In this document: positions 51,201-61,790 of the stretch, in pieces | Numbering within the stretch: position 1 is the first letter of the stretch | How the letters are laid out: the number at the start of each line of letters is the position of its first letter | NCBI GenBank assembly: GCA_963666315.2 | Contig: CAXXHG010000046.1 | Coordinates: 1-64,000 of the forward strand | Direction: 5' to 3' | DNA: 64,000 bases | From: Candidatus Binatia bacterium | Lineage (GTDB): Bacteria > Desulfobacterota > Binatia > Bin18 | Notes under the pieces: generated by a model | What the model was told of the DNA's origin: nothing | The model's input: the letters and a program-made list of their open reading frames with translations, nothing else | Databases searched by the model: none | Made by a program: the position numbers and the translations under genes

Positions 51201-51442
51201 TCAGCCCAGCGGCAGTTTTTCCCCTCTTTTATTTTCGGCTGACCGCGAACCGTCTTTAATTACGTAAAAGGAGGCTCTATAAGCTCTATAAACTCGGCCA
51301 TCCAGTATCTCATCTTCGGTATATATTTTGCGTACTTAAAGTTGGGACTGCTCTCAGACGGCACGGGTCTGCCCAAAGACAGCCGACAAGACCTCAGGCG
51401 ATGACGAAGTTGAGAGTGCAGGGTCTCTAAGGATGTGTAAGG

Positions 51443-52670
51443 ATGTACACTGAGGAGTTAGGATTTCAGAAAGAGCCTTTTAGCCCTACGGCTGATGTGG
51501 AATTCTTTTATGCTGCCCCGACCTACCGAGCAGCATACGAGCGCCTCGTCTTTGGAATTCAGAATCGTAAGGGCCTGCTCGCCTTGCTTGGTGAAGCGGG
51601 GACCGGGAAAACCACACTGCTGCGCTGGCTCATGCACAACATCGAGCCTAACGTACAGTTCGTCTACTTCTTCAATACGAATCTGACCTTTGAAGAAATG
51701 CTCATCTTTGTGTGTGACGACCGTGGCCTGCCTGCCGAAGGTGTCGATCGGGTAACAAAAATTAAGAACCTGTATAACTTCTTACAGACACAGTTTGAAA
51801 ACGGCGGGACCGGAGTCTTCTTAATTGACGAGGCCCAAAATTTAAGTGATGAATTCCTCGAACATCTGCGTCTCTTATCAAATGCGGAAACCGCAGGACA
51901 AAAACTCCTGCAGATCGTTCTGGTCGGGCAGCCAGAACTTGAACGCAAGTTATCCCACCACCATCTCCGCCAGTTGAAACAACGCATTACGACCTATTGC
52001 CGTCTCAAACCCCTTGACGCGCAAGAAGTTGGTCCGTTTATCAGCCACCGGCTCCAGGTTGCCGGGTACACAGGTGAACCACTTTTCCCTGACGAGGTCA
52101 CTCAGCGTATCGCACACTACTCGCACGGCATCCCCCGGCTTATTAATACCCTGTGCGAAAACACGCTGATTGCTTTGCCTGCGACAGGGCAGACGGTCGC
52201 TTCGGTGCAGCTCATTGATGAGATGGCCGACGAGCTGCAACTGTCCTCTGACCAGGCTACGCCTCACCAGGCTCCCCCCAGATTCACAGACCAGACCAAC
52301 ACCGGACGCCCGGCATCGTCCCAGCCGCCGCTCCTCCGCCCGGCACCGACGACAAAGACAGGGACAGACGAGCAGGCGTGGGCAACCGCAGTGCCACCCA
52401 AACCACTCCTCCATCCAGACGACCAAGCCTTATCTCCTACGCACAGTTTCCCGTATTTTCCTGGTGCGAGAATTCAATCCGCATATCACCGATCTGGATC
52501 GGACCGTCGTGGGCGAAACATTGGGGTTCCCACCCCTTGCCCAGGACACCCTGGTGCGGCGACAGCCTGATGGCTCCTACCTCTTTATTCTCAAATCCTT
52601 CTTCTCACTTGCAGATGCTCAGCACGCATGGAAACTCCTCCGCAGTCAGACAACCATGTCAGCCCTGTAA
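51443..52670 (+). CDS. ExeA/GspA-like AAA ATPase, C-terminus probably frameshifted
   Basis: GEAGTGKTT, IDEAQNL, LVGQPEL, GIPRLIN; protein-like tail continues in another frame to 52670. Confidence 0.8.
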
Positions 52671-52915
52671 TCCAGACCCGCAAAAGAGACACTCCGGTGC
52701 GTAACCCTCTTGTCCCGTAGGGATGAAAGGGAACTGGCGCGAACCGCTTGATTCTTGGGGATCGGGTTGTCACTCCACCGCCCTTCAAGCTAGGCTGTTC
52801 CGAACTACACGGAGGAGGACAGCCCATAGATCAGGTGCTGCGGTCAATGCATGGGCTTGCCAAGGAAGTGATGCCCAAGGTAGAAGCCTGACAAGGTGGG
52901 AAAAGCGGGGGGAGT

Positions 52916-53395
52916 ATGCAAAAACTCAGTCATGTCGATGCCCAGGGCCGCGCCCAAATGGTCGATGTCGGGGACAAATCTGTCACCGCACGGGAGGCAA
53001 TTGCAACAGGTACGGTACAGATGCGTCCAGAGACGCTGGACCTCATTGTCACCGGCCAAATGCCCAAGGGAGACGTTTTGGCAGTCGCTCGTATAGCCGG
53101 CATTATGGCTGCAAAGAAAACGCCAGAACTCATCCCGCTGTGCCATCCCCTCCTCATTTCATCGGTCACGGTGGAATTTACTTCACATAAGGAGACAGGG
53201 CGCATTGATATTGAAGCCCGCGTCGAGGTGAGCGGAAAAACCGGGGTCGAAATGGAAGCGCTGACCGCTGTCTCGGTGGCGGCCCTGACGATTTACGATA
53301 TGTGCAAAGCCGTGGAAAAAGACATAATCATCTCAGCAATCAGCCTCCAGCATAAAAGCGGAGGAAAAAGCGGAACCTATAGCAGAACGCCATGA
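52916..53395 (+). CDS. moaC: Cyclic pyranopterin monophosphate synthase
   Basis: [36 protein letters not shown]. Confidence 0.97.
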   Translation: MQKLSHVDAQGRAQMVDVGDKSVTAREAIATGTVQMRPETLDLIVTGQMPKGDVLAVARIAGIMAAKKTPELIPLCHPLLISSVTVEFTSHKETGRIDIEARVEVSGKTGVEMEALTAVSVAALTIYDMCKAVEKDIIISAISLQHKSGGKSGTYSRTP

Positions 53396-53893
53396 CCAGT
53401 CTGAGAATTTACAAGAGAACTATAAAATTGGAGAGATAAACGACAGACTGACAATTTCACTTCATGCACACATGCGGCCCCCATTCAGATGATCATGAGG
53501 AATTCTCTCTCATTATTCTTTCCGCCTTTAGGAGAAAATTTTTTCCAATTTGTCTTGGCTACTGCCGGAAGTCGATAAAACCAGTATTATCCGTCACTTA
53601 GGCCAAACAAAGGGCCATCCAGTAAACGCATTCCTCCCGGAGGGGCCTATTCAAAATAGCTGAGACTGCAGGTAGGGGATTGAATTATATGAGAAAAAAT
53701 GAAAATCTCTTACTTCCTATGACGTATTTAACTATTCCCTGTATGAACCCTTCTTTTGCCGAATAGCGTGCGCTAGACATCAAGACCACCTGTCTGGCCC
53801 CTGTATGCGTCACTGAGAAAAGAGGCAGATCAGCCGATATACACAGGTTTTTGAGCTTCTCGTCGTTAAGGGAAATTGAGAGGAAAACGTATA

Positions 53894-54534
53894 ATGAAAA
53901 GCCATGCTGTCCAGAGAACCAAAAAGGAGACACCGAAATCGAAAGCAGTGAAATCAGCCAAGAAACCGGCAAAAAAATTGGCCCGGACTGCTGCTCGTAA
54001 AACGGTGACAAAAAAGTGACCTCCCCCAAGAAGACGGCAATAAAAGAGAATCCGCCGCCGAAGGTCATGGCGACGAAAGTCGCGACAACTGAAATTGCCC
54101 CCCAAGAACTGGATGCCTCGAAAACGGCCACACCCCAAGACCCAATACTGCAACCAGAGCCTGCTACTCCGCCTCTTGAACTGTCACAAGGTTCTGAGGA
54201 ATTGCCTGCAAAGGATGCACCCCCGGTCACAGCTCCGCCTGTTTTTGTAGAACGTGATCTCACCGGACCAGATGGCAGCAAACGGCCGGGCTGGGAAATG
54301 TGGATCGGCGATCATTGTTTTGGTCGGGCAGATAGTAAAGACCTGTTACTTGCCAGCTTCGAGCGACTGCAGAGCCCGCCAAGCAGTTTTCACTGGCGCG
54401 AAGTCCGTAATCGTATGCCCATGCGCGGTCGACCCAGGAACGCGCCGGGACAAAAAGCCCCGAGACAGGCGCTGGCCTCCAAACAAGAGAAGCTCCCTGG
54501 GGAATTAGAGGAAGAGGTTCCAGAAATTTCTTAG
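53894..54534 (+). CDS. Histone-H1-like Lys/Ala-rich hypothetical protein, split by a -1 frame change at A_AAA_AAG (54010-54016)
   Basis: MKSHAVQRTKKETPKSKAVKSAKKPAKKLARTAARKTVTKK* continues in the -1 frame as VTSPKKTAIKENPPPK...GWEMWIGDHCFGRADS. Confidence 0.55.
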
Positions 54535-54569
54535 GCTGAAGACGATAGTCTGTTAAAAAAATGACATAA

Positions 54570-54597
54570 AAAAGGGTACCCAAATGGGTACCCTTTT
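54570..54597. terminator. Bidirectional intrinsic terminator
   Basis: AAAAGGGTACCCA-AA-TGGGTACCCTTTT perfect hairpin between convergent genes. Confidence 0.8.
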
Positions 54598-54656
54598 CTC
54601 GTCAATTGCTCCCCAACGGGCTTCGCTACGGGTCAGGAGATCTCTAGGAGGACCTC

Positions 54657-54977
54657 CTAGCCCTCAGACAATTGCTTCAGATCTTCGGCCCAATTCTCGT
54701 AAGGGCGGAGGGGGATAACCTCAACGTCCTTGACGATATGCGCGTAGCCGAGCTGCCAGATGGGCAGACTGTGAATCGCAGCATCAAGCGCGTCGCCGGA
54801 TTCCACGTCCATCACCAGTATTACCTCAGGCTTTCCTGCGACTTTCCATATCCCTTTAATGACTCCAGCTTCCTTCGCAGCTAAGGCAGCTTCAGACTCC
54901 TTGCGCCACACAGTATAAAAATCTTTGTTCGACATATCGGCGGGTTTCTCGATGTGCGCCTTGAACAGAACCAGCAC
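54657..54977 (-). CDS. Muconolactone delta-isomerase family protein
   Basis: W.KE..AA....EAG.I..IWKVAG, DVES.D.LD....SLP, V.V.PL. Confidence 0.7.
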   Translation of the reverse strand: MLVLFKAHIEKPADMSNKDFYTVWRKESEAALAAKEAGVIKGIWKVAGKPEVILVMDVESGDALDAAIHSLPIWQLGYAHIVKDVEVIPLRPYENWAEDLKQLSEG

Positions 54978-55119
54978 GGTGTTCTCCTTTCTTCTGTAAT
55001 GTACAATTCTTTAGATTTGACCTATAGCCGACCCTTCACCAATCCGTCAAATCCTCTCCATAAGCAGGAGTCTTCTCCGCATGCGCTGGACAAGATGACA
55101 TTGCAAGCGTAAAGAAAGT

Positions 55120-56919
55120 ATGCATCTGTCTGAAATGGTGGAATCACAGCACACAACGATATCTAGTGCATTCTGGGGAGAGCCTCCACAAGCGAGTGTA
55201 TCTCGCTCAACCCCGAGCGAGAAAGTCCTTGCGCGGCTACGTTGGCTAGCCTTGGGCATATGGGGCGGCTTGCTAGAGCTCAATCCACACACTATGCTCC
55301 TGCCATTTGCGCATTACTGTCTCGGCGCAGGATTTGTCTACTGCACCTTCGGACAATATTTTGCGTACCGTCAGTATAAAGGCTATCTTCTTACCTTTCC
55401 CATAGGCCTCACCGATATTGCCTTTGTGGCGATCCTGTGTGCGTTCAACGGCGGTCTGTCTAGCCCAGCGTATGTCTATTTCTACGGACTCACATTAATC
55501 GCAACGCTCCGTTTTGGCTGGCAAGCAGGGTTTGGGATGGCCCTCCTGTCAAGTCTGACGGCTGGGCTGCTGTTTGCGCTGGCGCAGCCAGCAATATTCC
55601 CTCTCGCTTATCTGAGTGCAGATCTGGGCCTCCGATGTGTCCTCTTGTTCGGTATCGCCGGGCTCACCGGCCTCTTTTTTGGGCGAGAACAATCCCAGAC
55701 CAGCCAGCCCACGCCGGTTGTCCAAAAACAACCATTGGAACAACCACCAGCCGATCCTCTTCAGACTCTCAGTGAAGCACCTCTCACGCTTGAGCTCAAC
55801 AGTCTGTTACAACGCATTGTGGATGAAACGTTACAACGTATCCCCTGTCATGGAGTCGGTTTTGTCCTACTTCAGCCCGATACCCAAACGTACGAACACG
55901 TAGTCTCTGCCGGAAGCTTTCCCCTCCTGCCGGCATCCACATGGAAACAGGCGTTGGCCGCAGGAGGTGTCCTGCATAGTGCTCTTCACCACACCCCTGT
56001 GGTCCTCAATACACCACAAGATCTTCAGTCTCGCCTACAATCTCTTTCGGATACTATACTTGCGCAAAGGCATCTCCTTATTCTTCGGCTTGGTGACACA
56101 CCTGCGCTGGGTTGCTTTGTCTTGATTGATAGAAACCATCCGGATGGATTTCGTCCGGAGGATATCCGACTCCTTACCGAGATTGCGCAACTCACGGCTC
56201 CAGCGGTAAAGAATGCCTACGCTTTTACCGAAGCCAGCAGGTCATCGAAAGAACTGCGCGGCCTCCTGCATGCCGTGCTCGATGCGCAAGAGGAAGAACG
56301 CCAGCGTGTTGTCAGTGAATGGCACGACCAGTTGGGAAAAAGGCTGTTTCGCATGCTGCAAGATTTTCGGGGTTGTCAGGAATTTGTCCTTCAGCACGCC
56401 CCCGAAGGACGCGAACGCTTTGCCAAGCTGGCCTCTGAGATCGATTCGATTGCGGCCTTGGTCCGCCAGTTCGCCGATGACCTCCTGCCTCCTGTGCTTG
56501 AAGATTTCGGTTTTGTCGCCGCTGTGCGCGAATATGCGATCGAGCTGCAAGAGCACGAACCTTTTGAGGTCGTTATGCAGGCCGACAACGACGACCCGCC
56601 ATTGTCTACCCAGACGAGTCGTAAGCTCTTTCGGATTACGCAAGAAGCCCTCCTAAACGTCAAGAAACACGCGAAGGCCCAGCATGTCCGGATTGCGCTC
56701 ACCTTTGAGCAATCCGGGGTATCCCTCATGATTAAAGATGATGGTCAAGGATTTAATCGCGCAGCCTACACCCCTGGCCACTACGGTCTTCTGTATATGC
56801 GTGAACAGGCTGCTGCGTGTGGCGGACGGTTTTCTGTCCAGAGTGAGCAAGGGCAGGGAACCGAGGTCCGGGTAGAGCTACCGCTAGAAAAAGACACACT
56901 TCCAGCACCGTTGACGTAA
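55120..56919 (+). CDS. Membrane sensor histidine kinase (TM-GAF-HisKA_3-HATPase), orphan
   Basis: QEEERQRV.SEWHD, QEALLNV.KHA, DDGQGF, GHYGL..MRE, GQGTEV. Confidence 0.9.
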   Translation: MHLSEMVESQHTTISSAFWGEPPQASVSRSTPSEKVLARLRWLALGIWGGLLELNPHTMLLPFAHYCLGAGFVYCTFGQYFAYRQYKGYLLTFPIGLTDIAFVAILCAFNGGLSSPAYVYFYGLTLIATLRFGWQAGFGMALLSSLTAGLLFALAQPAIFPLAYLSADLGLRCVLLFGIAGLTGLFFGREQSQTSQPTPVVQKQPLEQPPADPLQTLSEAPLTLELNSLLQRIVDETLQRIPCHGVGFVLLQPDTQTYEHVVSAGSFPLLPASTWKQALAAGGVLHSALHHTPVVLNTPQDLQSRLQSLSDTILAQRHLLILRLGDTPALGCFVLIDRNHPDGFRPEDIRLLTEIAQLTAPAVKNAYAFTEASRSSKELRGLLHAVLDAQEEERQRVVSEWHDQLGKRLFRMLQDFRGCQEFVLQHAPEGRERFAKLASEIDSIAALVRQFADDLLPPVLEDFGFVAAVREYAIELQEHEPFEVVMQADNDDPPLSTQTSRKLFRITQEALLNVKKHAKAQHVRIALTFEQSGVSLMIKDDGQGFNRAAYTPGHYGLLYMREQAAACGGRFSVQSEQGQGTEVRVELPLEKDTLPAPLT

Positions 56920-56969
56920 GTGTCTGGCTGAAACCGACGTGCTGAAGTAGGCGTGCGCAGGTTCGTTGC

Positions 56970-57256
56970 CGTTTTTGGCTGGCCCGATAGATAAAAGCAA
57001 GAATTTCTGCCACAGTTTAGTATACGTGCGTGGGTACCTCCTGATCAAGATCGAGCCGTGAGAGGACCTGGATCATATCCTTATCCTCGTGAATTGGAAT
57101 CTTATGTTCACGCGCGGGCTGTACGATGCGTTTGGCCACATCTCCACGGCCTTTGGCCGTCACCAGAGGCGCACGATCTTCCCGCGGCGCGTATCGGCGA
57201 GCGACCGCCTGATATGATGCACCTTTAGAGCTCGAGGGAGTCTGCTTTGCTGCCAT
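56970..57256 (-). pseudogene. FlhB C-terminal-like (EscU/YscU/HrcU family) protein with premature TAA
   Basis: APLVTAKGRGDVA.RI...AREHKIPIHED...LDLDQEVPTHVY*TVAEILAFIYR; 3' end approximate. Confidence 0.8.
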
Positions 57257-57257
57257 A

Positions 57258-58330
57258 TTAGACCTTCACATCCAGGAGACTCACGCTATGTGGCACTCCA
57301 CAAGCTGCTGTTAATGCCTCAAATGGCTGCCTTTTGCCTGGCGAGAGCAGGGCATAGGGCTTTGCTGAGAGCTGCAAGTGGGTATAATCCAGCGCGTGTA
57401 AGATTTCCTCAAAAACTGGGAATTCTTCACGGAGAAAGGCCTCTGCACCCGTCTCCTCAACCTAGAAAGTCGCCTTGAGGGACTGTTCAGTCAGCTGGGC
57501 ATCGACCCGTGTCAGGCCTAAGCCCCCAAGGTCGAGCAGAAATAGCAGGTGGTAGTGTGACTGTTCTCCACGGTCTTCCTGCTCCACGGTCTCTCGTACG
57601 CTTTCCCGATCATGTCCAATCGAGACATACGCCGCCGTCAGGACATGCCCGTCCAGAATCGGCAACTGGAGTTGTATAGGTTCGCCACGTGCTTGCGCCA
57701 AAAGATTCGTCGCTTGTTGCCGCTCGATCTGGCTCAAATGTGCGGTCAGAGGAGAGAGGTCCTCCGACCTTTTCGATACTGCCAGCAGATCATCAAGAAC
57801 CTGGAGGAGCAACCCTTTCACATCGGCTTCCGCAACTGTTTTCAGCGCTTGCGGAGAGAGCCGGTTCAGGCCGAGCAGCTTTGCCTCATATTGCAAGCCA
57901 GTAGCGCGAACCAATGCTGCAATATGTTCTGCATTCAGTCGCGTTCCCTCTGGCACGAGCGCGGTAAGCAAAGCCCGGAGCTGAGTCACACTTGCTGGGA
58001 CTTCGTATCCCGGCGCATCCGTGATGCGTACCAGCGCTTCCAAAAGGGCGGCGAGTGAACTATCAGCGTCGGTCTGGTGCGGTAAGGACATCCGGAGTAA
58101 GTTGAGTGTTTGCCCCTCATCGCCCTGCACATGGTTCAGCATGCGTAAGACTACCTGCGGCTGGAGTTGTTCGACACGAACGAACAGTGAGTCGCCGACG
58201 TTGAGCCCGCCCGAAGCGGTTGTCGCTAATAGCGTGCCACGGACATTCACCAAGTAACGACCGCTCGCCAAGCGATCAGCAACCGACACGTGGAGTTCTT
58301 CGCCAACTGCGAGATGGGGTTGGGACTGCC
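57258..58330 (-). pseudogene. FliK-like flagellar hook-length control protein with in-frame TAG at 57462-57464
   Basis: GLQYEAKL, DVKGLLL, IERQQ..N, LFLLDL.GLG..RVDA, then F*VEE...SLLDVKV; 5' end approximate. Confidence 0.7.
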
Positions 58331-58512
58331 CGGGTCTTTGAACTCCCGCATGCTTACTGCCTACAGCCCTACGGGCACGCGAGGGATCTAACCTTCCACC
58401 TTCGACCTTCACATTCCTTAGTATACCGGATATGCAAGATGTATGGGGAGTCGTCGCGATCACCTCGTACTTCCCCGGCTGCAGTCGTGTAGACAATAAA
58501 GGAGTCTCTGAC

Positions 58513-59643
58513 ATGAAATTTCATCTTTTCATTTATGCTACCTTGGGCCGCCGACATGAACTTGAAGCCGGGATGGCAGGAAAACGACCCGAGCTCTATC
58601 AGCGCATGCTCGACGAGGTGGCTGAATATGTCCAGTTTGCGGATGAGGTAGGCTATGCCGGCTTTGGCCATCCCGAACACCATCTGCAAATTGAAGGATT
58701 TGAAGCCAGCAATGAACCCGGTCTGCTGTCCATGTGGATCGGCCAGCATAGCAAAAAGCTACGAGTGAATATGGTCGGCTGGGTGGCACCGACACATAAT
58801 CCGGTCCGTACGGCAGAGTATATTGCCACGCTGGATCACATGCTCAAAGGACGCCTGGCAGTGGGCATAGTCCGGGGCTATCAGACACGCTGGGTACATA
58901 ATTTTCGTATTCGGCCTGACCTGAATGCCGTTGGTGAATGGAACCGCAATTCGGCAGAGGACGACGCGAACCGCGAATACTTCCGCGAGTTCGTTGAAAT
59001 CGTGCTCAAAGCCTGGAAAGAAGACACCTTTAGTTACAAAGGGAAATACTGGACTATTCCGCCGGATGATTTTGTCAATCCGCACCAGCAGCCGGTGTAC
59101 ACCGAGTATGGGGCAGGTGTGGATGACACTATGCGCATTCGTGAAATCGGCATTGCGCCGAAGCCGTATCAAGACCCGCATCCGCCCCTCTATGGCGGGT
59201 TTACGCACAGTATGCGTACGGCACTCTTCTGGGCACGCCATGGCGGCAAACCCATCGTGCTGTCCTCAGACCTCGACTTTTGCCAGCGACTGTGGGCCGG
59301 CTATCACGACGAAGCCTTGAAACATGGCCACGATGTTCAGCCGGGAGACGAAGCCGCCTGGGGCGGCGCAATGATCTGCCATCCCAATAAGACGACGGCC
59401 CAAGAGTGGCTGACTGATCCGATGTGGATGTGGGATAAGTGGTTCAGCCCGTTTGGACAAGGCCACCCAGAGCTGCTGGTCGGCGATCCGGATTCCATTT
59501 CTCGGCGAATCGAAGAAGCCAGCAAAAAGTTTCCCATCAAAGAATGTTTTCTCCTCATCCCGCAAGGCATTCATGAACGTGAGCAGATCATGAGTTCGCT
59601 CGATCTGTTTGCCAACAAGGTCATGCCGCGCTTTGCAGACTGA
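58513..59643 (+). CDS. LLM-class flavin-dependent oxidoreductase
   Basis: GFGHPEHH, HNPVRTAE.IATLDHM.KGR, PKPYQDPHPP, VGDPD, FANKVMPRF. Confidence 0.9.
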   Translation: MKFHLFIYATLGRRHELEAGMAGKRPELYQRMLDEVAEYVQFADEVGYAGFGHPEHHLQIEGFEASNEPGLLSMWIGQHSKKLRVNMVGWVAPTHNPVRTAEYIATLDHMLKGRLAVGIVRGYQTRWVHNFRIRPDLNAVGEWNRNSAEDDANREYFREFVEIVLKAWKEDTFSYKGKYWTIPPDDFVNPHQQPVYTEYGAGVDDTMRIREIGIAPKPYQDPHPPLYGGFTHSMRTALFWARHGGKPIVLSSDLDFCQRLWAGYHDEALKHGHDVQPGDEAAWGGAMICHPNKTTAQEWLTDPMWMWDKWFSPFGQGHPELLVGDPDSISRRIEEASKKFPIKECFLLIPQGIHEREQIMSSLDLFANKVMPRFAD

Positions 59644-59660
59644 CCACGTGGCCAGATGAT

Positions 59661-61790
59661 GTGGACAGGCCGTTGAGAACCCATGCCCCATCAACCAGGC
59701 GTTCCCCCTCAGGGAAGGGGTCAGCTACGGCTGGGATACGCGTCGGCATCGACATAGGCGGGACATTCACCGATGTCCTTGCCTATGATGAAGAAGGCCT
59801 GGTCTTCCGCAAGAAGCTCCCTTCTGCCCCAGATTCGTCTGCCAGTTTTCAAGCCGCGTTTGCCGCCCTGTGGAGCCAGCATCTTCACCCTGCCCAACTC
59901 TGCTACAGCACAACGGTGGCCACAAACGCACTGCTCGAACAGCAGCTACCGCCTATCGGGCTGCTCGTCACAGAAGGTTTTCGCCATATCTTGGAGCTTA
60001 CCCAGCCGCAAACCGATGAAGAAAACACACCGATGTCGCAGAGAGAGACCCTTCGCCCACTCGTTCCCCTAGAGCGCATCCGAGAAGTGCGTGAGCGCAT
60101 GGATGCAAAGGGCAGAGTGCAACGTCCGCTCGATGAGGACGCCGTGCGCACTGTTGCGGCGTGGTGCCGCGTGCAAGGCCTGACAACCATAGCTGTCTCA
60201 CTGCTGCACAGCTATCGCAACCCTGCGCATGAGAGACGCCTGAGGCATATTTTTGGAGGAGAAGATCCGCACCTGCGCGTCGTCCTGTCCTCCGATGTCT
60301 TCCCCGAATTTCACGAATACGAACGCACGGTGGCCACGTGTCTCAACGCGAGCTTACTCTCGCTCATGGGAAATCACCTCGATCAGGTGACGCAACAGCT
60401 TGAGCAGCACGGGGTTGCTCTTCCTCTTCTTGTCATGCAGTCGAGCGGTGGACTGCGCAGCACGAAAGTCATACGCCAACGCCCGCTGGCAACCCTCTTC
60501 TCCGGACCCAGCGCTGCAGCAGTTGGCATGGCTCGACTCGGAGTCCACGCCGGCGTTCCTGACCTGATTACGCTCGACATGGGAGGCACCTCAGCTGATA
60601 TTGCGCTCATCCAGGACGGCTGCCCTCTCCTGACGACCCGCGGTCAGGTCGGTGGCTATCCAATTCGGACGCTGACGATTGATATCATCTCTATTGGCGC
60701 CGGCGGGGGGTCGATTGCCACAGTTGGGGCGGACCAACGCTGGCATATTGGGCCACGCAGTGCGGGCTCCAGGCCGGGTCCGGTCTGTTATGGGCGAGGC
60801 GGAACAGAGGTGACCGTAACGGATGCCAACCTCTTGCTCGGTCGGCTGCCGCCTACCCTGCTGAACGGAGAGATATCGCTGTATGCGCAACAGGCTGAGG
60901 AGGCGCTGGCCAGTTTTGGACAGTCACGGAGCAAAGGGTCCGCTGAAACAGCCGCTGATCTTATTCAATTGGTCAATCACAATATGTGTGGAGTCATTCG
61001 GCGCGGATGCACCCAGCGCGGTCTCGATCCGCGGGATTCGGTCTTGATGGCCGTCGGGGGAGCCGGCCCACTCCACGCGGTCGATCTTGCTGACCTTTTA
61101 GGCATTGCCACTATTATCGTTCCCCGAGATCCGGGATTTGCTGCAGCTGCGGGTTTATTTGTGGCTGATATCAGAGAAGATCTTGCTCAGGCCTGTCCCC
61201 AAAAAGAATCCGCGCTCGATCCGGCGCAACTGACACACATTATGACTGAACTTGAACAGCAGGCACAGATCGTCTTCGCTGAAGAGAACATTCCTGCAAC
61301 CTCCCGACAGCTCATCCGTTCCGTGGACTGCCATTACCTCGATATGTCGGCCCAACTGACCATGGACCTGCCTGAGGGAACTCTCACCTCAGAGATCTTG
61401 CAGCAGGCGATTGCACAGTTTCATAACAAACACGAACAGCTGTACGGTTTTGCGTTTCGCCAGCGTCGGGAGGTCGTGTTAACGACCCTCCGTATGGGCG
61501 TGATAGGTATTCGGCCTAAGTTTGCTCTTCCCGCTCATATCCCCCCTGGGCCAGACGTTATCCTGCCTAAAGCGGAGCGGGCGGTTTTCTTTTTTGCTCC
61601 GAACCATTTTGTCGATTGTCCAGTCTACGACCGGACAGTGTTCGGAGCGGGCGCCCGCCTCAATGGCCCGGCCATTATCGAGCAGTATGACACCACAACG
61701 CTCATTCCGCCGCATTTTCAGGCACACGTCGATATGTTTGGCAATCTCATTTTGAAGCGAGCGGTCCCAGGCTATAATACCGCGGCATGA
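59661..61790 (+). CDS. Hydantoinase/oxoprolinase family, A (ATP-binding) subunit
   Basis: GIDIGGTFTD, TTVATNA, EYER, SGP, DMGGTS, GAGGGS, PGPVCYGRGG, GGAGPLH. Confidence 0.92.
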   Translation: MDRPLRTHAPSTRRSPSGKGSATAGIRVGIDIGGTFTDVLAYDEEGLVFRKKLPSAPDSSASFQAAFAALWSQHLHPAQLCYSTTVATNALLEQQLPPIGLLVTEGFRHILELTQPQTDEENTPMSQRETLRPLVPLERIREVRERMDAKGRVQRPLDEDAVRTVAAWCRVQGLTTIAVSLLHSYRNPAHERRLRHIFGGEDPHLRVVLSSDVFPEFHEYERTVATCLNASLLSLMGNHLDQVTQQLEQHGVALPLLVMQSSGGLRSTKVIRQRPLATLFSGPSAAAVGMARLGVHAGVPDLITLDMGGTSADIALIQDGCPLLTTRGQVGGYPIRTLTIDIISIGAGGGSIATVGADQRWHIGPRSAGSRPGPVCYGRGGTEVTVTDANLLLGRLPPTLLNGEISLYAQQAEEALASFGQSRSKGSAETAADLIQLVNHNMCGVIRRGCTQRGLDPRDSVLMAVGGAGPLHAVDLADLLGIATIIVPRDPGFAAAAGLFVADIREDLAQACPQKESALDPAQLTHIMTELEQQAQIVFAEENIPATSRQLIRSVDCHYLDMSAQLTMDLPEGTLTSEILQQAIAQFHNKHEQLYGFAFRQRREVVLTTLRMGVIGIRPKFALPAHIPPGPDVILPKAERAVFFFAPNHFVDCPVYDRTVFGAGARLNGPAIIEQYDTTTLIPPHFQAHVDMFGNLILKRAVPGYNTAA

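Noticed and set aside
52760-52850. Possible tRNA(Sec)-like or SRP-like sequence (CTTCAA, AGGAAG)
   Set aside because: Could not fold a cloverleaf or find the T-loop or SRP consensus
53396-53893. 500-bp AT-rich intergenic region as origin or array
   Set aside because: No DnaA-box cluster or regular repeats seen; probably promoter region
53685-54281. 198-aa minus-strand ORF and the many other nested antisense ORFs in the track
   Set aside because: They overlap better-supported genes on the opposite strand and lack recognisable motifs
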